Shown: positions 49,233 to 58,458 of the stretch, in pieces | How positions within the stretch are numbered: position 1 is the first letter of the stretch | Layout: every line of letters starts with the position of its first letter | NCBI GenBank assembly: GCA_963745835.1 | Contig: CAVUZH010000016.1 | Coordinates: 384,001-448,000, forward strand | From: an uncultured delta proteobacterium | Lineage (GTDB): Bacteria > Desulfobacterota > Binatia > UBA9968 | DNA length: 64,000 bases | Reading direction: 5' to 3' | Notes under the pieces: generated by a model | The model's database searches: none | What the model was told of the DNA's origin: nothing | What the model saw: the letters and a program-made list of their open reading frames with translations, nothing else | Program-made: the position numbers and the translations under genes

Positions 49233-50747
49233 TCAGGCTGCAGCCAAGATTCTTCTGACTAATCGTTGTGACGCCATTTCGCGGATGTGCTCAGCCGTAA
49301 GCGAACCGTATTTTGCCTCGATCATCCGCAAATACTGTGGACTGCTGAAATACCGGTGAAAAGCCTCATCACGAAACTTCAGCACGGCCGCGCCTGATAG
49401 GTACTTCGTGGGCAAGGGCAAGGTGTCGATGGCATGCTGCGAATAGCCGGACCACTTCTCCGGGAGCGGCCAACTTTCTCTCATCGCCAGGTTGTATAAC
49501 TGGGATCCAGGATAGGCCATGGCAGAATAGAAGTTCGCGAATTCACAGTTGAGTTCGAGAGCTAAATTAAGCGTCGACTCCATGCTCTCCAGATCATCTT
49601 CCGGAAGACCAAAAATATAGTTGGCGATCACGTTAACATCGGCTGCTCTCACGTTCTCCAAAGTGCGAAAGATCACCTCCTGATCGAATCCTTTATCCAC
49701 GTCATCACGCACCCGATCGCTAGCCGCCTCGATGCCAAACGCCAGCCAGTTGAAGCCTGCGCGTTTGAGCTTTTCCAGCATCCCGTCCTTGACCGTGTCG
49801 ACGCGCGCGTAAGCCCAGATATTCAGGTCGTAACCGCGTTCGATAATCGCATCGCATATCCCAAGTATGTGACGTGAATTCAGGACGAACATCTCGTCGG
49901 CTATCTTAATATTACGAATGCCATACTGGTTGACAAGTTTATCGATCTGGGCGATCACCGCCTGCGCGCTCCAGAAGCGATAGCTATTGACGCTTTCCTT
50001 CCATCCCGCTTCCTTTTCTCCGGTCTTAAACGGCGCTTGAATACAGCAGAAACTGCAATGAAAAGGACAGCCGAAGGTTGTGTAGAACGAGGCATAGGGC
50101 TCTCGTTGAAGATCTCCGAAGCAGTGCCAGTTGTGCGCTCGGTACTTGTCCATAGGCAAAAGATCCCATGCGAGTTCCGGGATTTCGTCATCTAGATTTT
50201 TGACCAGTGGAGCTGCGGGTGTGGAGATGACAACGCCGTCTTTCCAATAACAGATTCCCCGCACCTTCGAATAGTCCGGTGATGTAGATTTTGCCGCCTG
50301 CAACAAATCGACGAGAGTATAGGGTCCTTCTCCGGTGCACACGAAATCCGCCGCTTCCTCCCGCAACGTACGCTCCGGAAGCGCCGCGACATGTCCGCCC
50401 ACCAGCGCTAATTTGCGATTCGGATTGAGTTCTTTAAGCGCATCGCAGATCAAGCCGGAGACCGTCATGTTTTGGGTAGAGGCCGATGGTTGATGGCCAT
50501 AAACGACAATCACCGCCAATCGAGGATCCATGTCCTCGATCCGCGTCGCGGTTTCTTCGGGTGTTAGATTCTCCGCTTCCGCATCTACGATTTGAACCGA
50601 GAAACCGTGTTTACGAACAAACGTTGCCAACAAGCTTGCCCATACCGGAGGCTCGATGGCCGCCAGCTTCGATCCCAAAGATTGATAAACCTGCATGCGG
50701 GTTCCGGGGTGAACCAGTACCAGGTCCAATTGGCCATTACGAGACAT
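49233..50747 (-). CDS. Cobalamin-binding radical SAM enzyme (class B methyltransferase-like)
   Basis: N-terminal B12-binding domain (EPP, GGHV, GEG); CPFHCSFC; GIEA; IFGLPED; YPGS. Confidence 0.9.
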   Translation of the reverse strand: MSRNGQLDLVLVHPGTRMQVYQSLGSKLAAIEPPVWASLLATFVRKHGFSVQIVDAEAENLTPEETATRIEDMDPRLAVIVVYGHQPSASTQNMTVSGLICDALKELNPNRKLALVGGHVAALPERTLREEAADFVCTGEGPYTLVDLLQAAKSTSPDYSKVRGICYWKDGVVISTPAAPLVKNLDDEIPELAWDLLPMDKYRAHNWHCFGDLQREPYASFYTTFGCPFHCSFCCIQAPFKTGEKEAGWKESVNSYRFWSAQAVIAQIDKLVNQYGIRNIKIADEMFVLNSRHILGICDAIIERGYDLNIWAYARVDTVKDGMLEKLKRAGFNWLAFGIEAASDRVRDDVDKGFDQEVIFRTLENVRAADVNVIANYIFGLPEDDLESMESTLNLALELNCEFANFYSAMAYPGSQLYNLAMRESWPLPEKWSGYSQHAIDTLPLPTKYLSGAAVLKFRDEAFHRYFSSPQYLRMIEAKYGSLTAEHIREMASQRLVRRILAAA

Positions 50748-51948
50748 AACGTTCGCCCTCACCGGAGACGCTGTTCAGGAGAGAACATAACTGAAGGATT
50801 TTTTCTCGCTCGAGATCCGGATAATTACCTATGTAGAAGCCGTAGAAATGAACATGATCGACGTTTGGATACTTTTCAAACTCGCGCTCGCCCATTATTC
50901 TTCTTAGATAAGGCTGCCTCAATTGATTTCCGCCGCCCGAGGTGCCGCGGCGGAATTCTACGTTGTAGCGCCGCATCATTTGCATCACGTTTTCACATAA
51001 CACCGGATCAGCGCGATTGAGCACCAACGTGAACGCATAATTGCAGCTTCCCGCCGTGACAAAATCGGTCTGGTACTTCTCAGGGTCTAGATGATCGAGA
51101 AACAAGTCTAAATTCTCCGATCTGATCCTGTTGTTGGCATCGAGCCGCTTGAGTTGAGAACGGCCAATGACAGCGTTGATTTCCGTGCTTCGAACATTGT
51201 ATGCCGGGAATGCGAATATGAAGTCGGGGTTCAGATCCGGGTAGTTTCGATAGAAACTCTCCTTAAGCTCGGGCGAACTCGACTCTCGTACCATGCCATG
51301 GGAACGAAGCATGCGCAGCGTTTCATATAGATCAGAATCGTTGGTGCAAATCATACCACCCTCGATGGTGCTCATATGATGCGCATAGTAGAAGGAAAAG
51401 TTGGACATCAGCCCGAAAGTTCCTAGCTTTTGCCCCCCGCAGGTCGCTCCATGTGATTCACAAACATCTTCGATAAGCGGAATACCTCGACCTTTAAGCT
51501 CGGCTAGAACCGACTTTTGCAAAGCATTGAAACCTAACACGTGAGTCATGAATACGGCTCTGGTGTTGGGCGAAATTTTTTCGAGGATCTGTTGGTTATC
51601 CATTCCAAGCGTGCGACGATCGATGTCGACGAATACGGGTTTAAACCCGGACTGGATGACCGAAGCAATATCGGACACCCAAGTCAATGGTGGCACGATT
51701 ATTTCTCCCGAGCCATAGCGCTCTTTTAGCGCGCACATAGTTAAGAGATTCGCCGAGGAACCGGAATTTACAAAGACGCTGTATTTGACACCCAGCCAAG
51801 CCGACCACTCTTTTTCAAACTCCTTGACGTGATCAGATTGCGTCAAGATCGGGTCCTGCTGATGCAGCAGCTCGACAACCCTGGCGAAATCCTCCTTAGC
51901 CAGATTGTTCTTCATTAATGGCCAAGCGAGATTTTGGATAGTATTCAT
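50737..51948 (-). CDS. PLP-dependent DegT-family enzyme, ColD-like NDP-4-keto-6-deoxysugar 3-dehydratase
   Basis: VNSGSSAN and EDVCESHG. FSFYYAHHMSTIEGG has His in place of the Schiff-base Lys. The RfbH-type Fe-S cysteine cluster is absent. Confidence 0.8.
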   Translation of the reverse strand: MNTIQNLAWPLMKNNLAKEDFARVVELLHQQDPILTQSDHVKEFEKEWSAWLGVKYSVFVNSGSSANLLTMCALKERYGSGEIIVPPLTWVSDIASVIQSGFKPVFVDIDRRTLGMDNQQILEKISPNTRAVFMTHVLGFNALQKSVLAELKGRGIPLIEDVCESHGATCGGQKLGTFGLMSNFSFYYAHHMSTIEGGMICTNDSDLYETLRMLRSHGMVRESSSPELKESFYRNYPDLNPDFIFAFPAYNVRSTEINAVIGRSQLKRLDANNRIRSENLDLFLDHLDPEKYQTDFVTAGSCNYAFTLVLNRADPVLCENVMQMMRRYNVEFRRGTSGGGNQLRQPYLRRIMGEREFEKYPNVDHVHFYGFYIGNYPDLEREKILQLCSLLNSVSGEGERYVS

Positions 51949-51955
51949 GGTTCGA

Positions 51956-53002
51956 CTAAAATGGCCCGCGAAATTCGAACTCCGCAAGGTCTTTCCGTTC
52001 CTGCGGCAACCAAGCGTTTTTGCCTCCTTTGACCAGATCATAGGCGGTCGATGCGATGGTGCGTGCGTTTGGATAATAGAGCTCCTCCAGAACCGGAGTC
52101 GGCGGGCAGGTCACCGGCGCATATCCTAGACGTTGGACAGCCACTTGCCTGTCGTGTTGCAGCCTTTCTATTACCTGGCTGACTATTTCCGCGCCAGCAC
52201 CGCAGATTGTCCATCCATTGTCGACGACACACAGACGGCCGGTTTTTCGCGCGGATTTTACGATCGTGTCGATGTCAAGCGGGCTAAGCCAGACGGGATC
52301 GATCACTTCCGCATCGATGCCGGTTGATGCAAGGTAATCACGCGCTCTCAGACATTCCAATACCATGTACGAAATTCCGACAAGTGTAATATCTTGGCCT
52401 TGCGCTAAAACGCGGGCTTTGCCAGCTGGAACGGCGTATTCGGATTCAGGAACCACGCCTTTTTGGAAATGGAGAATCCGATGCTCAACATAGATGACCG
52501 GATCACCATCGCGGATCGCCTGGATCAAGCATCCCTTTGCATCATAAGGATTGGCCGGCGCAACCACTTTCAGGCCGGGAATGTGCATGAAGAGCGAGTG
52601 TAATCCCTGGGAATGCTGAGCGCCCTGCCCCCAACTCTTCCCGATCATGCAGCGAACAACCATCGGGACATGAACTTGACCGCCGTACATGTAGCGACTC
52701 TTGGCCGCGATGTTCACCAATTGATTCATCGCCAACAGCATGAAATCCATGCGGATGTGAACGTGAATCGGCCGCAGTCCCGCTAAAGCCATTCCAATGG
52801 CGACTCCGGTCATGGCGTCCTCGGAAAGTGGAGTTCCGAAGACACGTTGCGGGCCATATTTTTCAAGCAGCCCGCGCGTGGTTCCTTGGATTGCCTTGGG
52901 ATCGTCGACATCGAGACCAAAAATCACCACTGATCCGTCTCGCGCCATCTCCTGATCCGTAGCTTCGCGAATCGCGTCGATATACGACAGAGTGCGTTCC
53001 AT
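51956..53002 (-). CDS. ThDP-dependent dehydrogenase E1 beta / transketolase C-terminal-like subunit
   Basis: TPLSE, GMALAGLRP, GAQHSQ, IPGLKVVAP and DAKG. Confidence 0.9.
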   Translation of the reverse strand: MERTLSYIDAIREATDQEMARDGSVVIFGLDVDDPKAIQGTTRGLLEKYGPQRVFGTPLSEDAMTGVAIGMALAGLRPIHVHIRMDFMLLAMNQLVNIAAKSRYMYGGQVHVPMVVRCMIGKSWGQGAQHSQGLHSLFMHIPGLKVVAPANPYDAKGCLIQAIRDGDPVIYVEHRILHFQKGVVPESEYAVPAGKARVLAQGQDITLVGISYMVLECLRARDYLASTGIDAEVIDPVWLSPLDIDTIVKSARKTGRLCVVDNGWTICGAGAEIVSQVIERLQHDRQVAVQRLGYAPVTCPPTPVLEELYYPNARTIASTAYDLVKGGKNAWLPQERKDLAEFEFRGPF

Positions 53003-53941
53003 TTAGTCGCCGATCACATCCATATATAACTCTTCCGGTTGTGGATACGGGCTTTCCTCCGCAAAGCGGATGGCCGCACTGATTTCCTCTTCCACTTCGG
53101 TTTTCAACCGGCTGCAAGCTTCCGCTGACAGAAGGCATTCTATCCGCGGCAACGCGTCGCGTTCGAGCCACGGGCTCGCTTCTTGCCGGCTCCGGTAACC
53201 CAAATCAAAATCTTCGTTCGGGCCGACGTGTTCTTTCCAACGATATGTAAGGCATTCAAAAAAATACGGCCCACTCCGGCCTGCGCGCATGAGGTCCGCC
53301 GCGGCATTAATCCGGTTATAAAGCCGCTGCGTATCGCCATCGCCGATCTGCTCCGCTACGATGCCATGGGCTTTGGCCTTGTCGCACGGGTTCGGAGCCT
53401 TCTGACGACGCGATATATGAGTATGGATGGCGTAGAAATTATTCTCGCAGACAAAAATCACCGGGAGCTCCTTCAGGGCGGCGAAATTAAGGCTCTCGTG
53501 AAAAACCCCCTCCTCGGTCGCTCCATCGCCAAAAAAACTCACGACGACATTTTTTCTCTTCTGTAGTTTCATGGCGTACGCATAACCGACCGCATTAGGG
53601 ATAGTCGTTCCGACGACTGCCGAGGCTCCCATGACACCGTGAGCGACATCAACGAGGTGCATCGACCCACCCTTTCCTTTCGCGCACCCTGTAGCCTTGC
53701 CGTAAAGCTCAGCGAACATTTTTTTTAAGTCACCGCCTTTAGCCAAATAGTACGCGTGACTTCGATAACTGCCAAAGACGGTGTCGTCGGACCGCAGAGC
53801 CTCGCACACCCCCACGGCTATCCACTCCTGACCGATTGAGAGATGCACGGGACTTTTGATCTTATCGGTGGGATAAATCCGGGCAATCTCTTCCTCCACC
53901 CGGCGGATCCGATATAGAGATCTAAAAATACGTTCGTTCAT
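53003..53941 (-). CDS. ThDP-dependent dehydrogenase E1 alpha-like subunit
   Basis: HLSIGQE, YRSH, GKGGSMH, the ThDP motif GDGA...CENN, and TYRW. Confidence 0.9.
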   Translation of the reverse strand: MNERIFRSLYRIRRVEEEIARIYPTDKIKSPVHLSIGQEWIAVGVCEALRSDDTVFGSYRSHAYYLAKGGDLKKMFAELYGKATGCAKGKGGSMHLVDVAHGVMGASAVVGTTIPNAVGYAYAMKLQKRKNVVVSFFGDGATEEGVFHESLNFAALKELPVIFVCENNFYAIHTHISRRQKAPNPCDKAKAHGIVAEQIGDGDTQRLYNRINAAADLMRAGRSGPYFFECLTYRWKEHVGPNEDFDLGYRSRQEASPWLERDALPRIECLLSAEACSRLKTEVEEEISAAIRFAEESPYPQPEELYMDVIGD

Positions 53942-53945
53942 GAGG

Positions 53946-54882
53946 TTATATATTCCTGTGACAAGTCTCGAGGTACCACTGGTAGGTTTTTTCCAGACCT
54001 AAACGCAGTGATATCTTTGGCTGCCATCCAAGAGCGAAAAGCTCGCTGGAATCCAGCGACTTCAACGGCATACCGTCCGGCTTCTTCGGGTCAAAGCGTA
54101 GCTCTCCGGAGTACCCGACTACTTCTTTAATCAGTTCGGCAATCTCCCTGATTGACGCGTCTGAGCCGCTTCCCAGATTGATCGGCACTGAGCTGCTATA
54201 ATGGTTCATCAAGAAAATGGCTGCATCAGCGACGTCGGCGACATAAATAAATTCCCGGCGCGGCGAACCCGATCCCCAGACTTCGACATTATCCGCTTGG
54301 GAAAGCTTTGCCTGATGCATTTTGCACCATCAAGGCGGCAATCACATGCGAGTCCTCGACGCCAAAGTCGTCGCCTGGTCCAAAGACATTGGCGGGAATG
54401 GCGCTGATCATATCGATGCCATGTTGCTGCCGATATGCTTGACTCAATTTGATCCCGGCAAGCTTAGCGGTCGCATAAGCCTCGTTAGTAGACTCCAGAA
54501 CTCCCGTCATCAAAGACGAAACCTGCATGGGTTGCAAGCAAGCTCGCGGATAGCAGCAGGAGCTGCCCATATAAAGCAATTTCTTAACGCCGCAACGACA
54601 CGCACTGTCGATGACATGGCAATCCACAAGCAAATTATTCAGCATCAGATCCGCCGGGAGTTTTTGATTAGCGCCGATGCCGCCCGACTTGCCGCCTACA
54701 GCAAAAACATATTCAGGCACAGTCCGTAAGAAAAAAGCTTCGACCTCTCGGGCATCGATTAACGAAGGTTTTCCAGGATCGCCGAGAAGATTCTCATAGC
54801 CGTCCGCTCTCAACCGTGTTCTGATGGCCTCTCCGATGAGTCCATGGTCGTCCGCAATAAAGATTCTCGCGTCCTTCTCCAT
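53946..54882 (-). CDS. GDP-L-fucose synthase-like epimerase/reductase (Fcl/ColC family); frameshift near 54322
   Basis: GGIGAN, GSSCCYP, TNEAYATAK and SHVIAAL; then WGSGSPRREFIYV and KPDGMP in the next frame. Confidence 0.88.
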
Positions 54883-54930
54883 TTATAAGCGAATAGAAAT
54901 CGAGGGTGCCAAGCTGTAGGGCTGGTCCGT

Positions 54931-56004
54931 CTACAAATCTCTGTCCAATCGGTCATTCAGTTCGCCGACAAAATCGTATTCCCGTGAATCGCGAATTTTT
55001 TCTTCGGCCGAGTAATCCTTTTCGTGATCGTAGAAAATGATTTGACTCCCAGAGAAATCAAAATGAAACGGGACCGATATAAACTTTTTGAGCGCCTCTT
55101 TAACTTGATTGTGTTTGCCCGGAGGCACAAACAGGAGCATAAAACCTCCGCCGCCGGCGCCCAGCAACTTTCCCCCGAGAGCGCCGTTCGCGATGGCGTG
55201 CGCATAGAGCTCATCGACGTAGCTGTTTGAAACTCTCGCGCTCAGGCTGCGCTTGGCTTGCCATCCCTCGTCGAGGAGAGTGCCAAAAGCAGTTATATCC
55301 CGCCCATTATTTAGAACTGCGAGGCTTTCTTCGACCAGACCTTTCATGATGCGCAATTGGCTTCTTTTTCCGTCGACATCGGCAACGTAACTGCCGGCAA
55401 CATCCGAGGCGGTGCGCTCTATGCCTGTATAGAAAAGCATTAGATGAGAGCTTAACTCGCGCAGGCGATCCCCTGATAACGTAATCGGTTTGACGGTGAT
55501 TTCACCGTCTTGGGAAAAAACCACATGATTGAATCCGCCAAATGCCGCCAAAACCTGATCCTGCGAACCGACGGTTTCCTTGATCATCTCCTGTTCGATC
55601 TGAATGCTTTCCGCCGCCAGTTGTCGCTTGGTCGGCATCTGTCCCTTGAGAGCGTACAAGGCGTGCAACAAACCCACCGTAAAGGCAGAACTTGAGCCCA
55701 TGCCGCTCCGAGCCGGAAGGTCACCATCGTGGTGAATCTCCACGCCTCGATCAATTTTTAAGTAACGCAGCACTTCACGCACGGCGGGATGAGCGATTTC
55801 ATCGACGATTTGGCAGTTCTCAATCTGCGAATAGACAACGCGAATCCTATGTTTAAAAAACGGCGGAAGGTAACGGCAGGTGAGATAGCAGTATTTGTCG
55901 ATGGTTGCGCCCAGCACCGTGCCGCCGTGGTCGCGGTACCATGCAGGGTAATCGGTGCCACCACCAAAGAAAGAAATACGAAATGGCGTCCTGCTAATGA
56001 TCAT
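54931..56004 (-). CDS. GHMP sugar-phosphate kinase (HddA-like), second copy
   Basis: TPFRISFFGGGTDY, DLPARSGMGSSS, GSQDQ and GGKLLGAGGGGF. Confidence 0.92.
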   Translation of the reverse strand: MIISRTPFRISFFGGGTDYPAWYRDHGGTVLGATIDKYCYLTCRYLPPFFKHRIRVVYSQIENCQIVDEIAHPAVREVLRYLKIDRGVEIHHDGDLPARSGMGSSSAFTVGLLHALYALKGQMPTKRQLAAESIQIEQEMIKETVGSQDQVLAAFGGFNHVVFSQDGEITVKPITLSGDRLRELSSHLMLFYTGIERTASDVAGSYVADVDGKRSQLRIMKGLVEESLAVLNNGRDITAFGTLLDEGWQAKRSLSARVSNSYVDELYAHAIANGALGGKLLGAGGGGFMLLFVPPGKHNQVKEALKKFISVPFHFDFSGSQIIFYDHEKDYSAEEKIRDSREYDFVGELNDRLDRDL

Positions 56005-56564
56005 TGATCACGCACCTTTCTAAAGATCCTGTCGATGACTTCCACGGCTGCGGGCAGATCATCGACGATGTAATCCGGCGCAACCTTCTGCTCAGAAGCT
56101 ACTTGAGCCCCATAGCCCGTGCGTACCAGCATCGTCATAGCTCCAACCCGGCAACCCATCTCGATATCGCTCAACTTGTCACCAATAACAATGCTGCCTG
56201 ACAAATCAAAGTTCAAATCGTCCGATGCCTTTTGGATTAATCCAGGGCGCGGTTTACGGCAGAAACATTGGTCTTGAGGAGTATGCGGGCAAAAATAGAG
56301 ACCATCGAGAGTTATCTCTTCAGCACGCAGCATCTCTAAAAACCTGTCATGAATCCGCGTCAACTGCGCTTCATCAAAATATCCCCGTCCGACCGCCGAT
56401 TGATTGGTAATGACAACCAGCCCGAGGCCCATGGCACCGAGATCCCGGAGCGCCTTGCCTGCCCCGGGAATCAGCGCAATCTGTTTCGGATCCGACAGGT
56501 AAGACACCTCTTCGATGATCGTGCCATCCCTATCGAGTACTACAAACCGCCGTTTCACGTTCAT
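56001..56564 (-). CDS. Heptose-bisphosphate phosphatase-like HAD-IIIA (GmhB-like), second copy
   Basis: LDRDGTI, TNQSAVGRG, CPH...CFCRKPRPG and IGDK; start moved to ATG 56564. Confidence 0.9.
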   Translation of the reverse strand: MNVKRRFVVLDRDGTIIEEVSYLSDPKQIALIPGAGKALRDLGAMGLGLVVITNQSAVGRGYFDEAQLTRIHDRFLEMLRAEEITLDGLYFCPHTPQDQCFCRKPRPGLIQKASDDLNFDLSGSIVIGDKLSDIEMGCRVGAMTMLVRTGYGAQVASEQKVAPDYIVDDLPAAVEVIDRIFRKVRDQ

Positions 56565-57282
56565 TGATCGCCGCAAAAAATTGTTCGGCGGCAGCAAAAT
56601 CCTCCGGCGTGCCGATATCGAGAAAACGTCCCCGCTCCTGATAACCATAAAGCCCGTGGTTCATCAGGGTGGGGAAAATGTCATGTTCCAGTGAAACAAC
56701 GGTATCTTCGGCGATCGAGCGGATAACCCGACGGCTAAGCAAATACACGCCGGCGTTAATCGACCCTGAACCGCCTTGTTTTTTTTCGACAAATTGGGTC
56801 ACAGTCCCGTCAGAATCAATCTTTACCGAGCCGTAACGCTCTGTGTTCGGCACCTCGGCCAACAACATCGTCGCTTGGGAACCGCGGTTACAATGCCAAG
56901 CCCACAAGCTGGTCAAATCCGTCGCGCAGAATGAGTCTCCGTTCATGACCAGAACAGGATCGGACAGAAGATAGGGCGAAGCCAATCGTAGAGCGCCGCC
57001 CGTGCCTAGAGGCCGCGTTTCGCGCGAATATGAAATCTGCAATTTTCGATATCTTTTTCCGAATGTTTGCTCGATCTGTTCTCCCATATGTCCGGTACAT
57101 AACACAACTCTAGAAGATCCTGCATTTGATAACTGGTCCAGCAAGTATGTCAAAAAAGGCCGCCCATGAATCTCCGCCAGTGCTTTTGGCCGGTCCGAGA
57201 CCACTGGAAGCAACCGTGTTCCTAATCCACCTGCGAGCACTGCCACGCTGAGATCTGAAAAAGCGTTGACGTCCTGCCCCAC
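56530..57282 (-). CDS. Sugar-1-phosphate guanylyltransferase-like protein (HddC-like), second copy
   Basis: LAGGLGTRL, PKAL, PLGTGGA, NGDS, FVEK, INAGVY and FLDIGTPED. Confidence 0.9.
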   Translation of the reverse strand: MGQDVNAFSDLSVAVLAGGLGTRLLPVVSDRPKALAEIHGRPFLTYLLDQLSNAGSSRVVLCTGHMGEQIEQTFGKRYRKLQISYSRETRPLGTGGALRLASPYLLSDPVLVMNGDSFCATDLTSLWAWHCNRGSQATMLLAEVPNTERYGSVKIDSDGTVTQFVEKKQGGSGSINAGVYLLSRRVIRSIAEDTVVSLEHDIFPTLMNHGLYGYQERGRFLDIGTPEDFAAAEQFFAAINERETAVCSTR

Positions 57283-57309
57283 TACGATTTCTCTTCGCCC
57301 TGAACAAAA

Positions 57310-58248
57310 CTAAATATTCGCGAACTCAGCCCGGCCCATCATGCGATATCCCTTCAGTAACTCCTGGATACCTGAGTCCAATGAGCGTTTGGCTTCGAAG
57401 CCAGCATCTCGCAGGCGTTGGTTGGAAACGATGTAATTGCGTTTATCCGGATCGGTTCCGACCTGGCCGAAGTGAATGTAAAAATTAGGCACGTATTCTT
57501 TTATCTTCAATGCCAGCGCTTCTTTGGAAAGGTTGGCGCTATCGAGTCCAGCATTATAGGGTCGACCCGCCATTTTCTTGCCGTTTTCTATGCAATGAAT
57601 GAAGCAATCCGCCACATCGCGTATATGGATGTAATTCCGTTTGAAATCTTTTTCGAAGATAACAATATAGCCGTCCGTGACGGCGGCATAGACAAAGTGA
57701 TTGACTAGCAGATCAAGACGCATGCGAGGCGACATGCCAAAAACCGTTGCAAGGCGCAGCGTAACCGTATTGGTCCTTTCCAGGATCTCCGCTTCAGCCT
57801 CGGTCTTTGTTTGGCCATAAAGCGAAATCGGCTCGAGCGGAGTGTCCTCGGTACAGAAGACATCTCCCGATTTGGTGCCATAGCCGCTGTTTGTGGTTGG
57901 ATAAACGATCAACTGATCGTTGCTGCGTAGACGCGCAAGCAGTCTGATAGCTTCAAGATTGACCGACCGAGCCAACCAGGGATCACGATCGCATGCCGGC
58001 GCGCCGACTATGGCCGCAAGAGGAATCAGCACGTCCGCATCTTTGACCAGACGACGTATAAGACCTTCGTCGCGAACGTCTCCGACGACGAAGTCAAACC
58101 GCGGATTGGCGCAGAGATGAAACAGGGTTCGTTGCCGATAGGTGAGGCTATCGGCTGCGGTAACGTGAAACCCGGCCGCGAGCAAATGCTCGCACAAAAC
58201 AGATCCTAGATATCCGGCGGCGCCGGTTACAACGACGTGGACTGGCAT
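57310..58248 (-). CDS. NAD-dependent nucleotide-sugar epimerase/dehydratase
   Basis: VTGAAGYLG, LAAIVG, YGQTK and LRLATVFGMSPRMRLDLLVN. Confidence 0.9.
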   Translation of the reverse strand: MPVHVVVTGAAGYLGSVLCEHLLAAGFHVTAADSLTYRQRTLFHLCANPRFDFVVGDVRDEGLIRRLVKDADVLIPLAAIVGAPACDRDPWLARSVNLEAIRLLARLRSNDQLIVYPTTNSGYGTKSGDVFCTEDTPLEPISLYGQTKTEAEAEILERTNTVTLRLATVFGMSPRMRLDLLVNHFVYAAVTDGYIVIFEKDFKRNYIHIRDVADCFIHCIENGKKMAGRPYNAGLDSANLSKEALALKIKEYVPNFYIHFGQVGTDPDKRNYIVSNQRLRDAGFEAKRSLDSGIQELLKGYRMMGRAEFANI

Positions 58249-58458
58249 TGGTGCTTGAAAGTTCCTTTGATTCGCAAATTACGGAGCCGCGTCATCTTAC
58301 TACCACATTAGAGTCATGTATTGAAACGGTTAGCGGACTTTTTTATGTCGCGAAAGTGACCCATTTAGTCTGAATGCCTTGAAGGAACGATTTTTCGGGT
58401 GTTAGTTCGCGGGAACAGGCGACCCCTGTCAAAACCGAGGGAACGTTCCCATTGCGGC

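Noticed and set aside
51956-53941. Housekeeping pyruvate dehydrogenase pdhA/pdhB
   Set aside because: There are no E2/E3 or lipoyl genes nearby and the pair is embedded in a nucleotide-sugar operon, so gene symbols were withheld.
58249-58458. JUMPStart/ops element ahead of the glycan operon
   Set aside because: I found no GGCGGTAG-type ops match on the coding strand.
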